This document shows positions 1 through 9,638 of a stretch of 64,000 bases of DNA, piece after piece. Under the pieces are notes generated by a model. The model was not told the DNA's origin. It saw nothing but the letters and a program-made list of their open reading frames with translations, and searched no databases. This stretch comes from a virus. Its lineage: Duplodnaviria > Caudoviricetes. A program made the translations under genes and the position numbers. Location of the stretch: positions 1 through 64,000 of IMG/VR virus record IMGVR_UViG_3300012956_000012; one strand, written 5' to 3'. Each line of letters starts with the position of its first letter. Position 1 is the first letter of the stretch.

Positions 1-17
1 AATTTTAAATTGACACT

Positions 18-242
18 ATGAAAAGTAAAGAGGCATTAAGACAATTAGAGTATCTTGAGTCTGAAATGAAATTGATCCAAGATAATATTGACAGGGTTAG
101 AGAGTTTGTGAAGAAAGAAGATGACGATAAATACAAACCTTACACAAGTCATGTATTTGGAGAATTAAAGCATAGACTGGTAGCTTTTAAGACCAGAGCT
201 ACGGTTATTAATAAATTATCAACAACAAATCTATTTAGATGA
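18..242 (+). CDS. hypothetical protein
   Basis: 74-aa ORF; ATGA overlap with the next gene. Confidence 0.6.
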   Translation: MKSKEALRQLEYLESEMKLIQDNIDRVREFVKKEDDDKYKPYTSHVFGELKHRLVAFKTRATVINKLSTTNLFR

Positions 243-1159
243 ATAACAGAGTAAAGACATTAAATGTCGAAAGATTTATGTTTTTTGACATTGAAACAGT
301 ACGTGGGAATAAAGAATTAGTTGAGGGCTCAAAGGAGTGCGAACTGTTTACTTATAAAAACAGAGACCGTGTTACCACAGAGGTGCCAGACTTTAAAACA
401 GCAAGTGAGTTGTATAATGACACTGCAGCTTTAAATCCTACCTTTGGAAAGATTGTTTGCATCTCAGTTGGATTTATAAGTGGCAGAACATTGCGAGTAA
501 AAGCTCTTACTGGTACAGAGGTTGAAATACTTACAGCTTTTTTAACTATCTTACCAAAGTTTGAAGGGACCATTGGTTATAATCAATTGAGATTTGATTT
601 ACCTTATATTAGGATCCGGGCCTATGCAAACGGTATTGGAGACTTATTTCCAGACAAATATAGTGATTCAGATTGTAAACCATGGGATTTAACTGCGACT
701 CACGTTGATTTGATGGATGTGACTAAAGGCTCCAGCTACCTTAATATCTCACTAGACGAAGCTTGCTACCTTTTCGGAATTCAAAGCCCAAAGAATGACA
801 TCTCTGGATCTCAAGTATCAGAAGTATTCTACTCTGAAGGTGTTGAGCGAGTAGCTGCATATTGCAACAAAGATATTGTAGCCACAGCTGAGTTATTCTT
901 CAAACTATCTGGACGACATGAAGAAATGTTTAACGACGTAATTATCGTAGGGCCAGAGCCTCAGAAAAGTGTTTTTGAGCAGCTAAAAGAATCTGGTTCC
1001 ATTACAAAAGATCTATCAGAAAAACTTTTAGCACATGCAAAAGGTTTGTTGAAAAAAGATAAAACTAAGTTTGTAAATCTAGTAAAAGCTTCTTTAGGTA
1101 AAGACTCATTCTCAGTAGAGGAAGAAGAAGTATTCACAGCTATTCTTTCTAAGAAATGA
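239..1159 (+). CDS. DnaQ/PolB-type 3'-5' exonuclease (RNase H-like fold)
   Basis: ExoI FFDIETV, ExoII YNQLRFDLPYI, ExoIII YCNKDI. Confidence 0.8.
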   Translation: MNNRVKTLNVERFMFFDIETVRGNKELVEGSKECELFTYKNRDRVTTEVPDFKTASELYNDTAALNPTFGKIVCISVGFISGRTLRVKALTGTEVEILTAFLTILPKFEGTIGYNQLRFDLPYIRIRAYANGIGDLFPDKYSDSDCKPWDLTATHVDLMDVTKGSSYLNISLDEACYLFGIQSPKNDISGSQVSEVFYSEGVERVAAYCNKDIVATAELFFKLSGRHEEMFNDVIIVGPEPQKSVFEQLKESGSITKDLSEKLLAHAKGLLKKDKTKFVNLVKASLGKDSFSVEEEEVFTAILSKK

Positions 1160-1839
1160 TAGCATTAGATATCGATCTTCCAAGAAAAGATGATAACGGG
1201 ATTAATTACATCTCTTATAGTCAATACACTTCTTTTAAAAGTGAATCTGGATTTAATACCGGTCTACCTGGTTATCAGGAGTACATTCGATCTTATTTTC
1301 TAGGAGAGCGTTTTCCTGATGCTGGATGGGCTCAATTCGGTAAAGATGTAGAAGATTACATTTGTGAGCGAAAGTCTGGGGAAACGTTCTCACAACGCGA
1401 AAGAGATGTACTTGAGAAGGTGGAACCATTAGGTAGCTTTCAGATTGAAGTTAAACTGTGGCTGGCTTCAAACCTTTACTTACTTGGTTACATTGATGAT
1501 GCTACACATGATTTGATGAAAATAAGGGATTACAAGACCGGTAGTGATAATAGCTTACAGAAGTACACAAAACCGGATTACGAGCAGCTGGACTTCTATT
1601 CTATGTGGGTGAAACAAGAGACGGGCAGACTTCCAAATGAGCTAGAGGTTTGTGGAATTGAAAGAAAAGGAAATGTGTTTGGGCTTACTGATCGAAGAGA
1701 TTTACTTACTGTAGGGGAAAAAGTAACCTATATTCCACGGGAGACTTCTGAGGAAAGATGTGAGAAAGTAAAAAACAACTTGCTAAAAGTGGTCTTTGAA
1801 ATTTCAGATTACTACAAAATATTTAAAAAATACGGGTGA
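1156..1839 (+). CDS. PD-(D/E)XK nuclease (RecB/Cas4-like exonuclease)
   Basis: ISYSQ N-terminal motif, GYIDD, IRDYKTG, QLDFY. Confidence 0.8.
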   Translation: MIALDIDLPRKDDNGINYISYSQYTSFKSESGFNTGLPGYQEYIRSYFLGERFPDAGWAQFGKDVEDYICERKSGETFSQRERDVLEKVEPLGSFQIEVKLWLASNLYLLGYIDDATHDLMKIRDYKTGSDNSLQKYTKPDYEQLDFYSMWVKQETGRLPNELEVCGIERKGNVFGLTDRRDLLTVGEKVTYIPRETSEERCEKVKNNLLKVVFEISDYYKIFKKYG

Positions 1840-2294
1840 TGGGGTTAAGGAAAACTGAACGGAAGTTAAAAGCTGAACTTAGTAGGTATGGCACTCTCAT
1901 ATATGAGAAAGATCGTGAAATACGTCGTGTAGAAGAGGAGCTGTACTGTTGGGATCGTCTATTTGTAAGAAACTCTGAGGAGGTCTACAGGAATTTAATA
2001 AAAACATTTGAAGCTGATAAAAAGGATATAGATAAAGAAGCTGACGTAGTAAGGGCTGAACTAAAAACAGTGCAAGATAAGATTGAAAAGAGATTAAAAG
2101 TAATCAGACCAATCTTAACCTTTTTGGCAGTAATTGTTATGATATTCTTTCAGGTAGGTTTCTGGTGGATGATGAGTACAGAAAGGTTAGGTATCGATGA
2201 AGACTCAGCTCCTGGGGCAGCTTTCTTCTGGATAGCTATGACTGGAATACTAGCAGCCGCTATTGGTGAGGCAAGGGATTATAAAAAACGATGA
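1836..2294 (+). CDS. hypothetical membrane protein
   Basis: coiled-coil N-terminus plus two C-terminal hydrophobic segments. Confidence 0.6.
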   Translation: MMGLRKTERKLKAELSRYGTLIYEKDREIRRVEEELYCWDRLFVRNSEEVYRNLIKTFEADKKDIDKEADVVRAELKTVQDKIEKRLKVIRPILTFLAVIVMIFFQVGFWWMMSTERLGIDEDSAPGAAFFWIAMTGILAAAIGEARDYKKR

Positions 2295-2295
2295 G

Positions 2296-2631
2296 ATGGA
2301 ATATACAAGAGAAAAATTAATTGAAATTTGTGAACGAGCAATCGTAAACATAGATGCTTGGGGTAACAGAGACACTGATGAGTCACAAAAATGCGTTGGG
2401 GTATGTTGGGCCTACTTAAAATCTGGGTGTGAGTTTGAAGTAATGACTAAATCTGAGCACGCACTTGATTTTTGTGTAACTGATGATAGAACTATTTGGA
2501 TTAAGTTTTACATAAAAGATTTTAACTGGTTTGAGATGTGTAATGAAGGTGATCTGTTAAATGAGTCTGAACTATACTACTTACCAACAGAACAGCGATT
2601 AAACAGATTTAGAAACGAAGATTGGTACTGA
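2296..2631 (+). CDS. hypothetical protein
   Basis: ORF in operon; ATG 2296 preferred over the overlapping upstream start. Confidence 0.6.
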   Translation: MEYTREKLIEICERAIVNIDAWGNRDTDESQKCVGVCWAYLKSGCEFEVMTKSEHALDFCVTDDRTIWIKFYIKDFNWFEMCNEGDLLNESELYYLPTEQRLNRFRNEDWY

Positions 2632-2744
2632 TGAGAAACATTAAAACAATTTGTAGAAAAGAGTTCTTTCTACACAGAAAACGCTTAAAAGCAAGAAAAG
2701 TAAATACTAACAGAGTAATTTTAGGAGATGATGAACAATATTGA
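2631..2744 (+). CDS. small hypothetical protein (37 aa, not in ORF track)
   Basis: MRNIKTICRKEFFLHRKRLKARKVNTNRVILGDDEQY; TGATG overlap with the upstream stop; fills the gap before thyA. Confidence 0.35.
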   Translation: MRNIKTICRKEFFLHRKRLKARKVNTNRVILGDDEQY

Positions 2745-3759
2745 AACTCAGTATTTAGCTTTACTGAAAGATGTTCTAGAAAATGGCCATAAGAAACATG
2801 ATAGGACTTTAACAGGAACCATATCTAAATTTGGGGCTTTTTTAGAACACGACATGTCACTGGGCTTTCCGGCTTTAACTACAAAGAAACTAGCTTGGAA
2901 GCAAGTTGTAACAGAGTTAGCATGGTTTATAAGTGGCAATACAAATATCTCTTGGTTAATTGAAAACGATTGTAACATCTGGAATGGAGATGCATTCAAA
3001 CATTACCTTCGACAAACTAAAGACTTTAAAGGTGATTGGCCAACTACGCAGGAGGCTTTTATCGATAAGGTAAAAACAGATAAACGTTTCGCTAAAAGAT
3101 GGGCTAATCTTGGACCTATTTATGGAAAGAAATGGACAAACTTTAGAGGTAAAAATCAAGTTCAGGCTATATTAAATCTACTTAAAAATGATCCTGATTC
3201 AAGGCGTATGCTTGTGTCTGCTTGGGATCCATCTGATGTAGAAGATGCAGCACTACCTCCGTGTCACTATGCTTGGCAAGTTTGGACTAGAAGGTTGAGC
3301 TTAGATGAAAGGTTAGATTACTGTAAAAAGAATAATATTAGTTTAGAGATTTCTGAAGCAGGTTTAGAAAATGTCTTTGATGATATGAGAGCTTGTGGTG
3401 TACCAGAGAGAGCTATTTCACTCCACTTTAATATGAGAAGTAATGATTTGTTTTTAGGAGCCCCGTTTAACATTGCATCCTATGCAGTACTCCTTTGTGT
3501 TTTAGGATCAGCGGTAAAAATGATTCCTGAAAAACTATCCTGCGCTATTGGAGATGCTCACATATACAGTAATCATGTAGATCAAGTAGAGGAGCAATTA
3601 AGTAGAACTCAAAGATCGCTACCTGATCTTAAGATGTATGTAACTGGAAAAGAATTTTTAGAGTATCCTAAGCTGTGTACATCCGGTAATAGCTTTAGAA
3701 ACTTTGAGTTGACTAATTACAACCCGTGGCCAACTATTAAAGCTCCATTAAGTAATTAG
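2728..3759 (+). CDS. thyA: thymidylate synthase ThyA
   Basis: DRTLTGT, LGPIYG, DSRR, ALPPCH (catalytic Cys), MRSNDLFLGAPFN, GDAHIYSNH. Confidence 0.97.
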   Translation: MMNNIETQYLALLKDVLENGHKKHDRTLTGTISKFGAFLEHDMSLGFPALTTKKLAWKQVVTELAWFISGNTNISWLIENDCNIWNGDAFKHYLRQTKDFKGDWPTTQEAFIDKVKTDKRFAKRWANLGPIYGKKWTNFRGKNQVQAILNLLKNDPDSRRMLVSAWDPSDVEDAALPPCHYAWQVWTRRLSLDERLDYCKKNNISLEISEAGLENVFDDMRACGVPERAISLHFNMRSNDLFLGAPFNIASYAVLLCVLGSAVKMIPEKLSCAIGDAHIYSNHVDQVEEQLSRTQRSLPDLKMYVTGKEFLEYPKLCTSGNSFRNFELTNYNPWPTIKAPLSN

Positions 3760-3760
3760 T

Positions 3761-3811
3761 GTTAACGAAAGTTAAAGATAAATTTACAAAGAGAAAAAGT
3801 TGGTATATTTG
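3761..3811 (+). promoter_or_regulatory. putative promoter: GTTAA-N5-GTTAA box plus Bacteroidota -7 element TATATTTG
   Basis: gttaac 3761, gttaaa 3771, tatatttg 3804-3811; same layout at 10251, 19772, 25173. Confidence 0.65.
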
Positions 3812-3819
3812 TAGAATAT

Positions 3820-4188
3820 ATGAAATCATTTCACAGATTAGAAAAAGACGTAGGAAATGCTGTGTTAGCAAAATACAACAACAAATGTACCAATTGTGAT
3901 TCTAAAAATAACCTTTGCGTGCATCATATAATTAGAATGAAACCGGATGATGAAAATTATAATGATATTGAAAATCTCACTGTTTTATGTAGGTCTTGTC
4001 ATTTGGCTCATCATAGGAAAGAAGGAGATGTTGTACCAAATAATTTACCTCCAGCAGGAAATCCTTATGGAAGAAGAGGCAAGAGGCCACCCATAAGATG
4101 CACTGAAGATGGCTGTGAAAATTGGCAACATGGTAGATCTCTTTGTAAAAAACACTATGAATATAAAAGAAGAAGAGGTTTACTGTAG
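3820..4188 (+). CDS. free-standing HNH endonuclease with C-terminal Zn finger
   Basis: CTNC...VHHI...NDIENLTVLCRSCHLAHH; C-terminal CTEDGC...LCKKHY. Confidence 0.88.
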   Translation: MKSFHRLEKDVGNAVLAKYNNKCTNCDSKNNLCVHHIIRMKPDDENYNDIENLTVLCRSCHLAHHRKEGDVVPNNLPPAGNPYGRRGKRPPIRCTEDGCENWQHGRSLCKKHYEYKRRRGLL

Positions 4189-4197
4189 TAATAACAA

Positions 4198-4218
4198 GTT
4201 CGAGTCCACCCACAACAA
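4198..4218 (+). pseudogene. possible tRNA 3'-end remnant
   Basis: GTTCGAGTCC T-loop consensus; the 5' T-stem partner and 5' half are absent. Confidence 0.25.
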
Positions 4219-4251
4219 CTAAAATAAGTAACAAATAAAAACCAAATAAAG

Positions 4252-4782
4252 ATGAACAACAACTGGTTCGAAGTAAAAGTAAAATATACAAAGCAATTAG
4301 ACAATGGTACGTTTAAACGTGTGTCTGAACCGTATTTAATTAGTGCAATGTCTTTCTCCGATGCGGAGAGCAGAGCTTATGAAGAAGTAGGTTCCTTTGT
4401 ACGAGGAGAGTTTGTAATCACAGCTATCAAGCGTGAAAACATTCACGATATCTTCCAATATGAAGACGCTGACGTGTGGTACAAAACAACTATCGCATTC
4501 CAATCAGAAAGTGATGAAAGCGAAAAAAGCAAAGTTGTTAAGCAAACATTATTGACGACAGCTCATTCTGTAAAACAAGCTACAGAACGCATTAATGAAA
4601 GCTTATCTGGAATGATGTTGGATTACACAATTAAAGGTACTGTAGAGTCGGCTTTAGTAGATGTATTCCCTTTCAATAGTAACGAGGAAGCAGCTGGCGT
4701 AACATTCTCCGCTTCTTATACAGAGGGAGTACCTGGTTTCTTTGCAACACAGGCTGATAAGATTTTAGAAGATAATGAATAA
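4252..4782 (+). CDS. DUF4494-family protein
   Basis: WFEVKVKY...VSEPYLISAMSFSDAESR pattern typical of Bacteroidota DUF4494. Confidence 0.8.
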   Translation: MNNNWFEVKVKYTKQLDNGTFKRVSEPYLISAMSFSDAESRAYEEVGSFVRGEFVITAIKRENIHDIFQYEDADVWYKTTIAFQSESDESEKSKVVKQTLLTTAHSVKQATERINESLSGMMLDYTIKGTVESALVDVFPFNSNEEAAGVTFSASYTEGVPGFFATQADKILEDNE

Positions 4783-4795
4783 CAATATTAATTAC

Positions 4796-4819
4796 AGCCC
4801 TCAGTGATGGGGGCTTTTT
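4796..4819 (+). terminator. intrinsic terminator
   Basis: agccctc-agtgat-gggggct followed by a T run. Confidence 0.6.
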
Positions 4820-4832
4820 AAAACTTTTTAGT

Positions 4833-5105
4833 ATGAGTGATTCTAACACTTTTAAGTATAATGGGGAACCAATTACTTTCACGGACTTTCAAAAGGTATT
4901 AGAAACCATGAGAGACTTTGATTTTAGCCGAAGAACTAGAAAGCAATCAAGAATTGAAGTTAATTTGAAATACTTGAATGACAAACAAAAAGAGTTAGGA
5001 AAACCTATACCTTTAGAATTACTGGCAATTGCTTTTAGTGATCAACCAATTGGGCATAAACTTATGGAAGAATTTAGACAAAATTACGCAGAATGGAAAA
5101 AATAG
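4833..5105 (+). CDS. hypothetical protein
   Basis: 90-aa ORF in operon. Confidence 0.6.
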   Translation: MSDSNTFKYNGEPITFTDFQKVLETMRDFDFSRRTRKQSRIEVNLKYLNDKQKELGKPIPLELLAIAFSDQPIGHKLMEEFRQNYAEWKK

Positions 5106-5905
5106 ACTTCACAACAAAAGAAATTAGCTCGTCAGCGTTAAAGTCAGCTAAGAAATCTACCAGAGACTTACTTTGGTACTACAATAAACCAAAAACTAGT
5201 GGATCACACTTCGACTTTGGTTCGGCGATTGAGCTCTACCTACTAGATAAAGCTGAATTTGCAGAGAAGGTAATTATCTTTGATGAAAGTAAAAGACCTT
5301 TTCCAGATAAGAATTATCAAACCAAAGCTAATAAGGAATGGAGAGATAAATTCTACGCTGACAATAGTGGTAAGGATAAGTACATTATTTCAAAATCTGG
5401 TTCAGAAAGTTTTGATGTAATTAAACAAATCGCTGAGTTAGTTGACATGCATCCGGCTGCTGATTTACTTTATGCTGATGGTAATGATTATCAAGAAGAG
5501 TTTCGTTGGATTTGTCCTATCTCAGGTTTGAAAAGATACTGTAGAACAGACTTATCTAATCCAGCTACAAAGACTATCATTGATATTAAAACGTATTCAG
5601 ATGAGAACTTTGAAAGAGCCTGTGTTAAACAGGACCATTTTTTACAAGCTTTTGATCAAATTCAAGGGGCGGTTCAATCTGGTTACATGGAAAATGTGGA
5701 ATACTATTATTGGTTTGCGATTAGTAAGTCAGAACCATATTTTGTAGACTTCTATTCATATCCGGTTGGCGAGGATCTAAAAGTAGAGGAGATTCATAAC
5801 TCTACAATGCACCGGTTGAAAGTTGACTTAGCTGGTGATCCATATTCAATTCCTTTTCATAGAACAGAAATCGATAGAATTAAAATTCCAAATTACTATA
5901 AATAA
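5093..5905 (+). CDS. PD-(D/E)XK nuclease-like protein (RecE/ExoVIII, DUF3799-like)
   Basis: ISSSALK, FDFGSA, YCRTDL...IIDIKT, FLQAF. Confidence 0.7.
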   Translation: MEKIDFTTKEISSSALKSAKKSTRDLLWYYNKPKTSGSHFDFGSAIELYLLDKAEFAEKVIIFDESKRPFPDKNYQTKANKEWRDKFYADNSGKDKYIISKSGSESFDVIKQIAELVDMHPAADLLYADGNDYQEEFRWICPISGLKRYCRTDLSNPATKTIIDIKTYSDENFERACVKQDHFLQAFDQIQGAVQSGYMENVEYYYWFAISKSEPYFVDFYSYPVGEDLKVEEIHNSTMHRLKVDLAGDPYSIPFHRTEIDRIKIPNYYK

Positions 5906-6270
5906 TGAATTTAGCAGAAGAAATAAATGTATTAAGAGACATCTGTTACAAGGAGTCTTACAACGGAGGGTGGCACACAAACCCAGATGGAAGTTTAAAA
6001 GATCGAAATAAAGCTGAAATGCTGTGTTTGATCCATAGTGAGATATCAGAAGCTATGGAAGGAGAACGAAAAAATCTTATGGACACTCACCTAACAGATA
6101 GGCCAATGGCTGAGGTAGAAATGGCAGACGCTGTGATCCGAATCATGGACTACTGTGGTAGATGGGGGTACGATATTGGAAATGCTATTGTAGCTAAAAT
6201 AGAGTACAACCGGACTAGAGCTGATCACAGAGAAGAGAATAGAAACTCTGAACACGGTAAGAAATTCTAA
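5905..6270 (+). CDS. MazG-like NTP pyrophosphohydrolase
   Basis: LIHSEISEAMEG...EMADAVIRIMD...KIEYNRTR. Confidence 0.82.
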   Translation: MNLAEEINVLRDICYKESYNGGWHTNPDGSLKDRNKAEMLCLIHSEISEAMEGERKNLMDTHLTDRPMAEVEMADAVIRIMDYCGRWGYDIGNAIVAKIEYNRTRADHREENRNSEHGKKF

Positions 6271-6278
6271 ATAAAATT

Positions 6279-6349
6279 ACTCTCACAGGATAAATAGTTA
6301 TTAATTTAAAACGTTAATTATTGTTTAAAATGATTGAACCTGTGAGAGT
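6279..6349. repeat. 11-bp perfect inverted repeat around a 49-nt AT-rich spacer
   Basis: actctcacagg (6279-6289) / cctgtgagagt (6339-6349). Confidence 0.8.
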
Positions 6350-6367
6350 TTTACTTAACTTTACAAC

Positions 6368-6556
6368 ATGAGTAATAATTCGACAAGAGGCACATCGTAC
6401 AGCCTTTCAGCAATACTAGGGATAGTATTTGTAGTATTAAAATTGACAGGTAACATTGATTGGTCCTGGTGGTGGGTAACTTCACCTTTTTGGTTAGTCC
6501 CTGCTATAATTATTTCACTTTGGCTTTTAGCCGTAATTTTAGATAAGATATGGTAA
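6368..6556 (+). CDS. small membrane protein
   Basis: LKLTGNIDWSWWWVTSPFW motif common in phage membrane proteins; two hydrophobic segments. Confidence 0.75.
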   Translation: MSNNSTRGTSYSLSAILGIVFVVLKLTGNIDWSWWWVTSPFWLVPAIIISLWLLAVILDKIW

Positions 6557-7647
6557 ATGAATTAGTAAAGGTTAATCCGGAAGAATACGGATTACAAGTA
6601 GATCAAGCAACTCCACTCCAAAAAGGATTGGAGCAAATTGTTGCAGAACGAGACATTTTAGCTAAGCGTTATGCTGAGGTTATTCAAATGGAAATTACTC
6701 CAGAGAATATCAAGGTGTTTAAGGAGCTTCGTTTGAAGATTAGAGATAACAGAACCAAAGGTTTAGAGCCATGGCACAAAGCTCAGAAGGCGTTTTTCCT
6801 TGCTGGTGGACGATACGTTGATGCTTTGAAAAATGTAAATAGCGTTGAAAACGAACGTATGGAAGCTAATCTTGAGGAGAATGAAAAGTTCTTTGAGAAA
6901 GAAGAAGCTAAACGCGTGGCAGCTTTAGATGTTGAACGTCGAGATATGTGTGCTAAGTATGATGCTACTGCAGAAGGAATTGATTTAGGAAGCATGGATC
7001 AAGACTTATTTGAGGCTTTGTTGATCAAATATCAAAGAGATTATGATGCTGCTCAAGAAGCTATTAAACAAGCAGAAAAAGAGCGATTGCTTGCAGAAGC
7101 TAAAGCTAAATTAAAAGAAGAACGTCGTGAAGAATTACTTCCTTTATGGAACCATTTATCTGAGGACTTTAAGAATACATTCGCGGACATAACTGATAAA
7201 GAGTTCAAGACTGCGGTTAAAACAGCTAAGTCGGTCCAATTAGAGTACGAGCTACAACAAGAGAAGCTCCGTAAGGAAAAAGAAGAAGCAGAGGCGAAAG
7301 TAAAAGAACTTCAAGCTAAAGAGGCTAAAATGGCTGCCAGAAGAACTTCTTTGCAAGGTTACATTTCTTTTATTAGGGATTATGATCATGTGATCAATCT
7401 TCCGGACAAGGAGTTCGATGCAGAATTAAAGTTGCTAAATTCGCAGTGGTTGGCTCAACAATCTTTTGAGGCAGCTGAACGAGCTAAACAAGAAGAATTA
7501 GAAAAGTCTAGCGATAAGGTAAAAATTCAAACTTGGATTAATGCTATGACTTTATATCGAGCTCCTGTTGATAACGCTGTCACAAAAGACATCATAGAAA
7601 AGTTTAAAGGTTTCAAAGCCTGGGCATTGGAACAGACAAATAAATAG
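6550..7647 (+). CDS. coiled-coil hypothetical protein
   Basis: E/K/A-rich heptad-like sequence, 365 aa. Confidence 0.7.
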   Translation: MVNELVKVNPEEYGLQVDQATPLQKGLEQIVAERDILAKRYAEVIQMEITPENIKVFKELRLKIRDNRTKGLEPWHKAQKAFFLAGGRYVDALKNVNSVENERMEANLEENEKFFEKEEAKRVAALDVERRDMCAKYDATAEGIDLGSMDQDLFEALLIKYQRDYDAAQEAIKQAEKERLLAEAKAKLKEERREELLPLWNHLSEDFKNTFADITDKEFKTAVKTAKSVQLEYELQQEKLRKEKEEAEAKVKELQAKEAKMAARRTSLQGYISFIRDYDHVINLPDKEFDAELKLLNSQWLAQQSFEAAERAKQEELEKSSDKVKIQTWINAMTLYRAPVDNAVTKDIIEKFKGFKAWALEQTNK

Positions 7648-7710
7648 TAAAATATTTATTTCATAAACTAATTTGGAAAACAAATCTACTACTACTACTT
7701 TTGTTTCCAT

Positions 7711-7749
7711 AGCTCGTCCGGGAAACTAATCCTGTGACGAGCTTTTTTT
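7711..7749 (+). terminator. intrinsic terminator / possible attenuator upstream of nrdJ
   Basis: agctcgtc...gacgagct stem followed by a T run. Confidence 0.65.
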
Positions 7750-7775
7750 ACCTTAAAATTTTACAAATAAATACA

Positions 7776-9638
7776 ATGCAATTAGACAAAAAAATCTTAA
7801 GCGACATTACAGTACACATGAAGTACGCCAAATTCTTACCAGAGAAACAAAGACGAGAAACATGGGAAGAATTAGTAGATAGGAATATGCAAATGCATAT
7901 TAGAAAATTCCCACAATTAAAAGAAGAAATCGAGAGTGTTTACACAGAGTTTGTAATCCCGAAAAAAGTCTTACCTTCTATGAGAAGTTTACAGTTTGGA
8001 GGTAAAGCTATTGAAGTAAATAATGCCAGACTTTTCAACTGCTCGTATTTGCCAGTAGACAGCATTTATGCCTTTTCTGAAACTATGTTTTTACTCTTAG
8101 GTGGAAGTGGTGTTGGATACTCTGTTCAGAATCATCATGTGGATAAATTGCCTGAAATTAGGAAGCCAAACTATAATCGTAAGAAACGCTTCTTAGTTAC
8201 TGATGATATTATGGGGTGGGCAGACGCTATTAAAGCTTTATTCAAATCTTATACAGGTAAAACATCTTCACATTTAGAGTTTGATCTACGAGATATCCGA
8301 GAGAAAGGTGCTACATTAGTTACAGCTGGGGGTAAAGCTCCAGGCCCAGAACCTCTACGAGTTGTATTGACTCAGATTGAAGGCATTCTTCGTAGTAAAA
8401 AAGATGGAGAAAAACTTTCAGACATTGAGTGCCATGATATTTTGTGCCATATTGCTGATTCAGTTCTTTCAGGTGGTATTAGGAGAAGTGCAATGATCAG
8501 TTTATTTGACGTAGACAGTAACGCTATGATCAACTGTAAGTCTGGGAACTGGTGGGAAACAAATCCACAAAGAGGGAGAGCTAACAACTCTGCAGTTATC
8601 CTACGTCATAAAATTACAAAACCAGCTTTTGACAAACTTTGGGAGAGAGTCGAAGCATCTGGAAGTGGAGAGCCGGGTTTATACTTTACAAACGATAAGG
8701 ACTGGGGAACCAACCCTTGCGTAGAAATTGGATTACGTCCAAATCAATTCTGTAACTTAGTTGAGATTAACGCATCGGATATTCAAGATCAAGAAGACTT
8801 TAATGCTAGATGTAGGGCTGGATCATTTATTGGTACCTTACAGGCATCATATACTGATTTTCATTATCTAAGAGATGTATGGAGAAAAAACACAGAGAAG
8901 GATGCCTTGTTGGGAGTATCTATGACTGGTATTGCTTCTGGTAGTGTCATGAGTTTAGATTTTGTAGAAGGTACTGAAAATGTCAAAGAGGAGAATGAAA
9001 GAGTCGCTAGTATCATAGGTGTCAATTTTGCAGCTAGGTATACGTGTGTTAAACCAGCAGGGACCACTTCCTTAGTGGTTGGGTCTTCATCTGGGATTCA
9101 TGCTTGGCATAATGATTATTATGTTCGTAGACTTCGTGTAAACAAGAATGAGGCTATTTATTCTTATTTGTCTATCTTTCATAATGATATTTTAGAGGAC
9201 GAATTTTTTAGTCCAGATACTACAGCTATCATTACCATTCCGCAGAAAGCACCAGATAATGCGATTACAAGGCATGAGTCTCCTATTGATCTTCTAGAGC
9301 GAGTGAAAACTATTTCTAAAAACTGGATTCAACCTGGACATATTAAAGGGCAGAATAGCCATAATGTAAGTTGCACAGTGACAGTTAAAGATGGTGAATG
9401 GAAAGAAGTTGGAGAGTGGATGTGGGATAACCGTGAATATTATAATGGTCTGTCTGTACTACCTTTTGACGGAGGTTCCTATAAGCAAACACCTTTTGAA
9501 GACTGTACAGAAGAAGATTATAACAGAATGAGTAAGTCCCTAACAGAAGTAGATTTATCAAAAGTTGTGGAAATGTCTGACAATACTGATTTGAAAGATC
9601 AAGCGGCATGTGCAGGGGGGTCTTGCCAAATTATATAA
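7776..9638 (+). CDS. nrdJ: class II (adenosylcobalamin-dependent) ribonucleotide reductase
   Basis: LFNC, IRRSAMI, TNPCVEI (thiyl-radical Cys), VKPAGTTS, C-terminal CAGGSC; no ATP cone and no adjacent beta subunit; ATG 7776 preferred. Confidence 0.88.
   Translation: MQLDKKILSDITVHMKYAKFLPEKQRRETWEELVDRNMQMHIRKFPQLKEEIESVYTEFVIPKKVLPSMRSLQFGGKAIEVNNARLFNCSYLPVDSIYAFSETMFLLLGGSGVGYSVQNHHVDKLPEIRKPNYNRKKRFLVTDDIMGWADAIKALFKSYTGKTSSHLEFDLRDIREKGATLVTAGGKAPGPEPLRVVLTQIEGILRSKKDGEKLSDIECHDILCHIADSVLSGGIRRSAMISLFDVDSNAMINCKSGNWWETNPQRGRANNSAVILRHKITKPAFDKLWERVEASGSGEPGLYFTNDKDWGTNPCVEIGLRPNQFCNLVEINASDIQDQEDFNARCRAGSFIGTLQASYTDFHYLRDVWRKNTEKDALLGVSMTGIASGSVMSLDFVEGTENVKEENERVASIIGVNFAARYTCVKPAGTTSLVVGSSSGIHAWHNDYYVRRLRVNKNEAIYSYLSIFHNDILEDEFFSPDTTAIITIPQKAPDNAITRHESPIDLLERVKTISKNWIQPGHIKGQNSHNVSCTVTVKDGEWKEVGEWMWDNREYYNGLSVLPFDGGSYKQTPFEDCTEEDYNRMSKSLTEVDLSKVVEMSDNTDLKDQAACAGGSCQII

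Noticed and set aside
1156-1839. Cas4 / CRISPR adaptation gene
   Set aside because: It lacks the four-Cys Fe-S pattern and any cas context; a generic PD-(D/E)XK nuclease fits better.
7700-7775. Cobalamin riboswitch upstream of nrdJ
   Set aside because: GGGAA and AATCC fragments are present, but the region is far too short and lacks the B12-box architecture.
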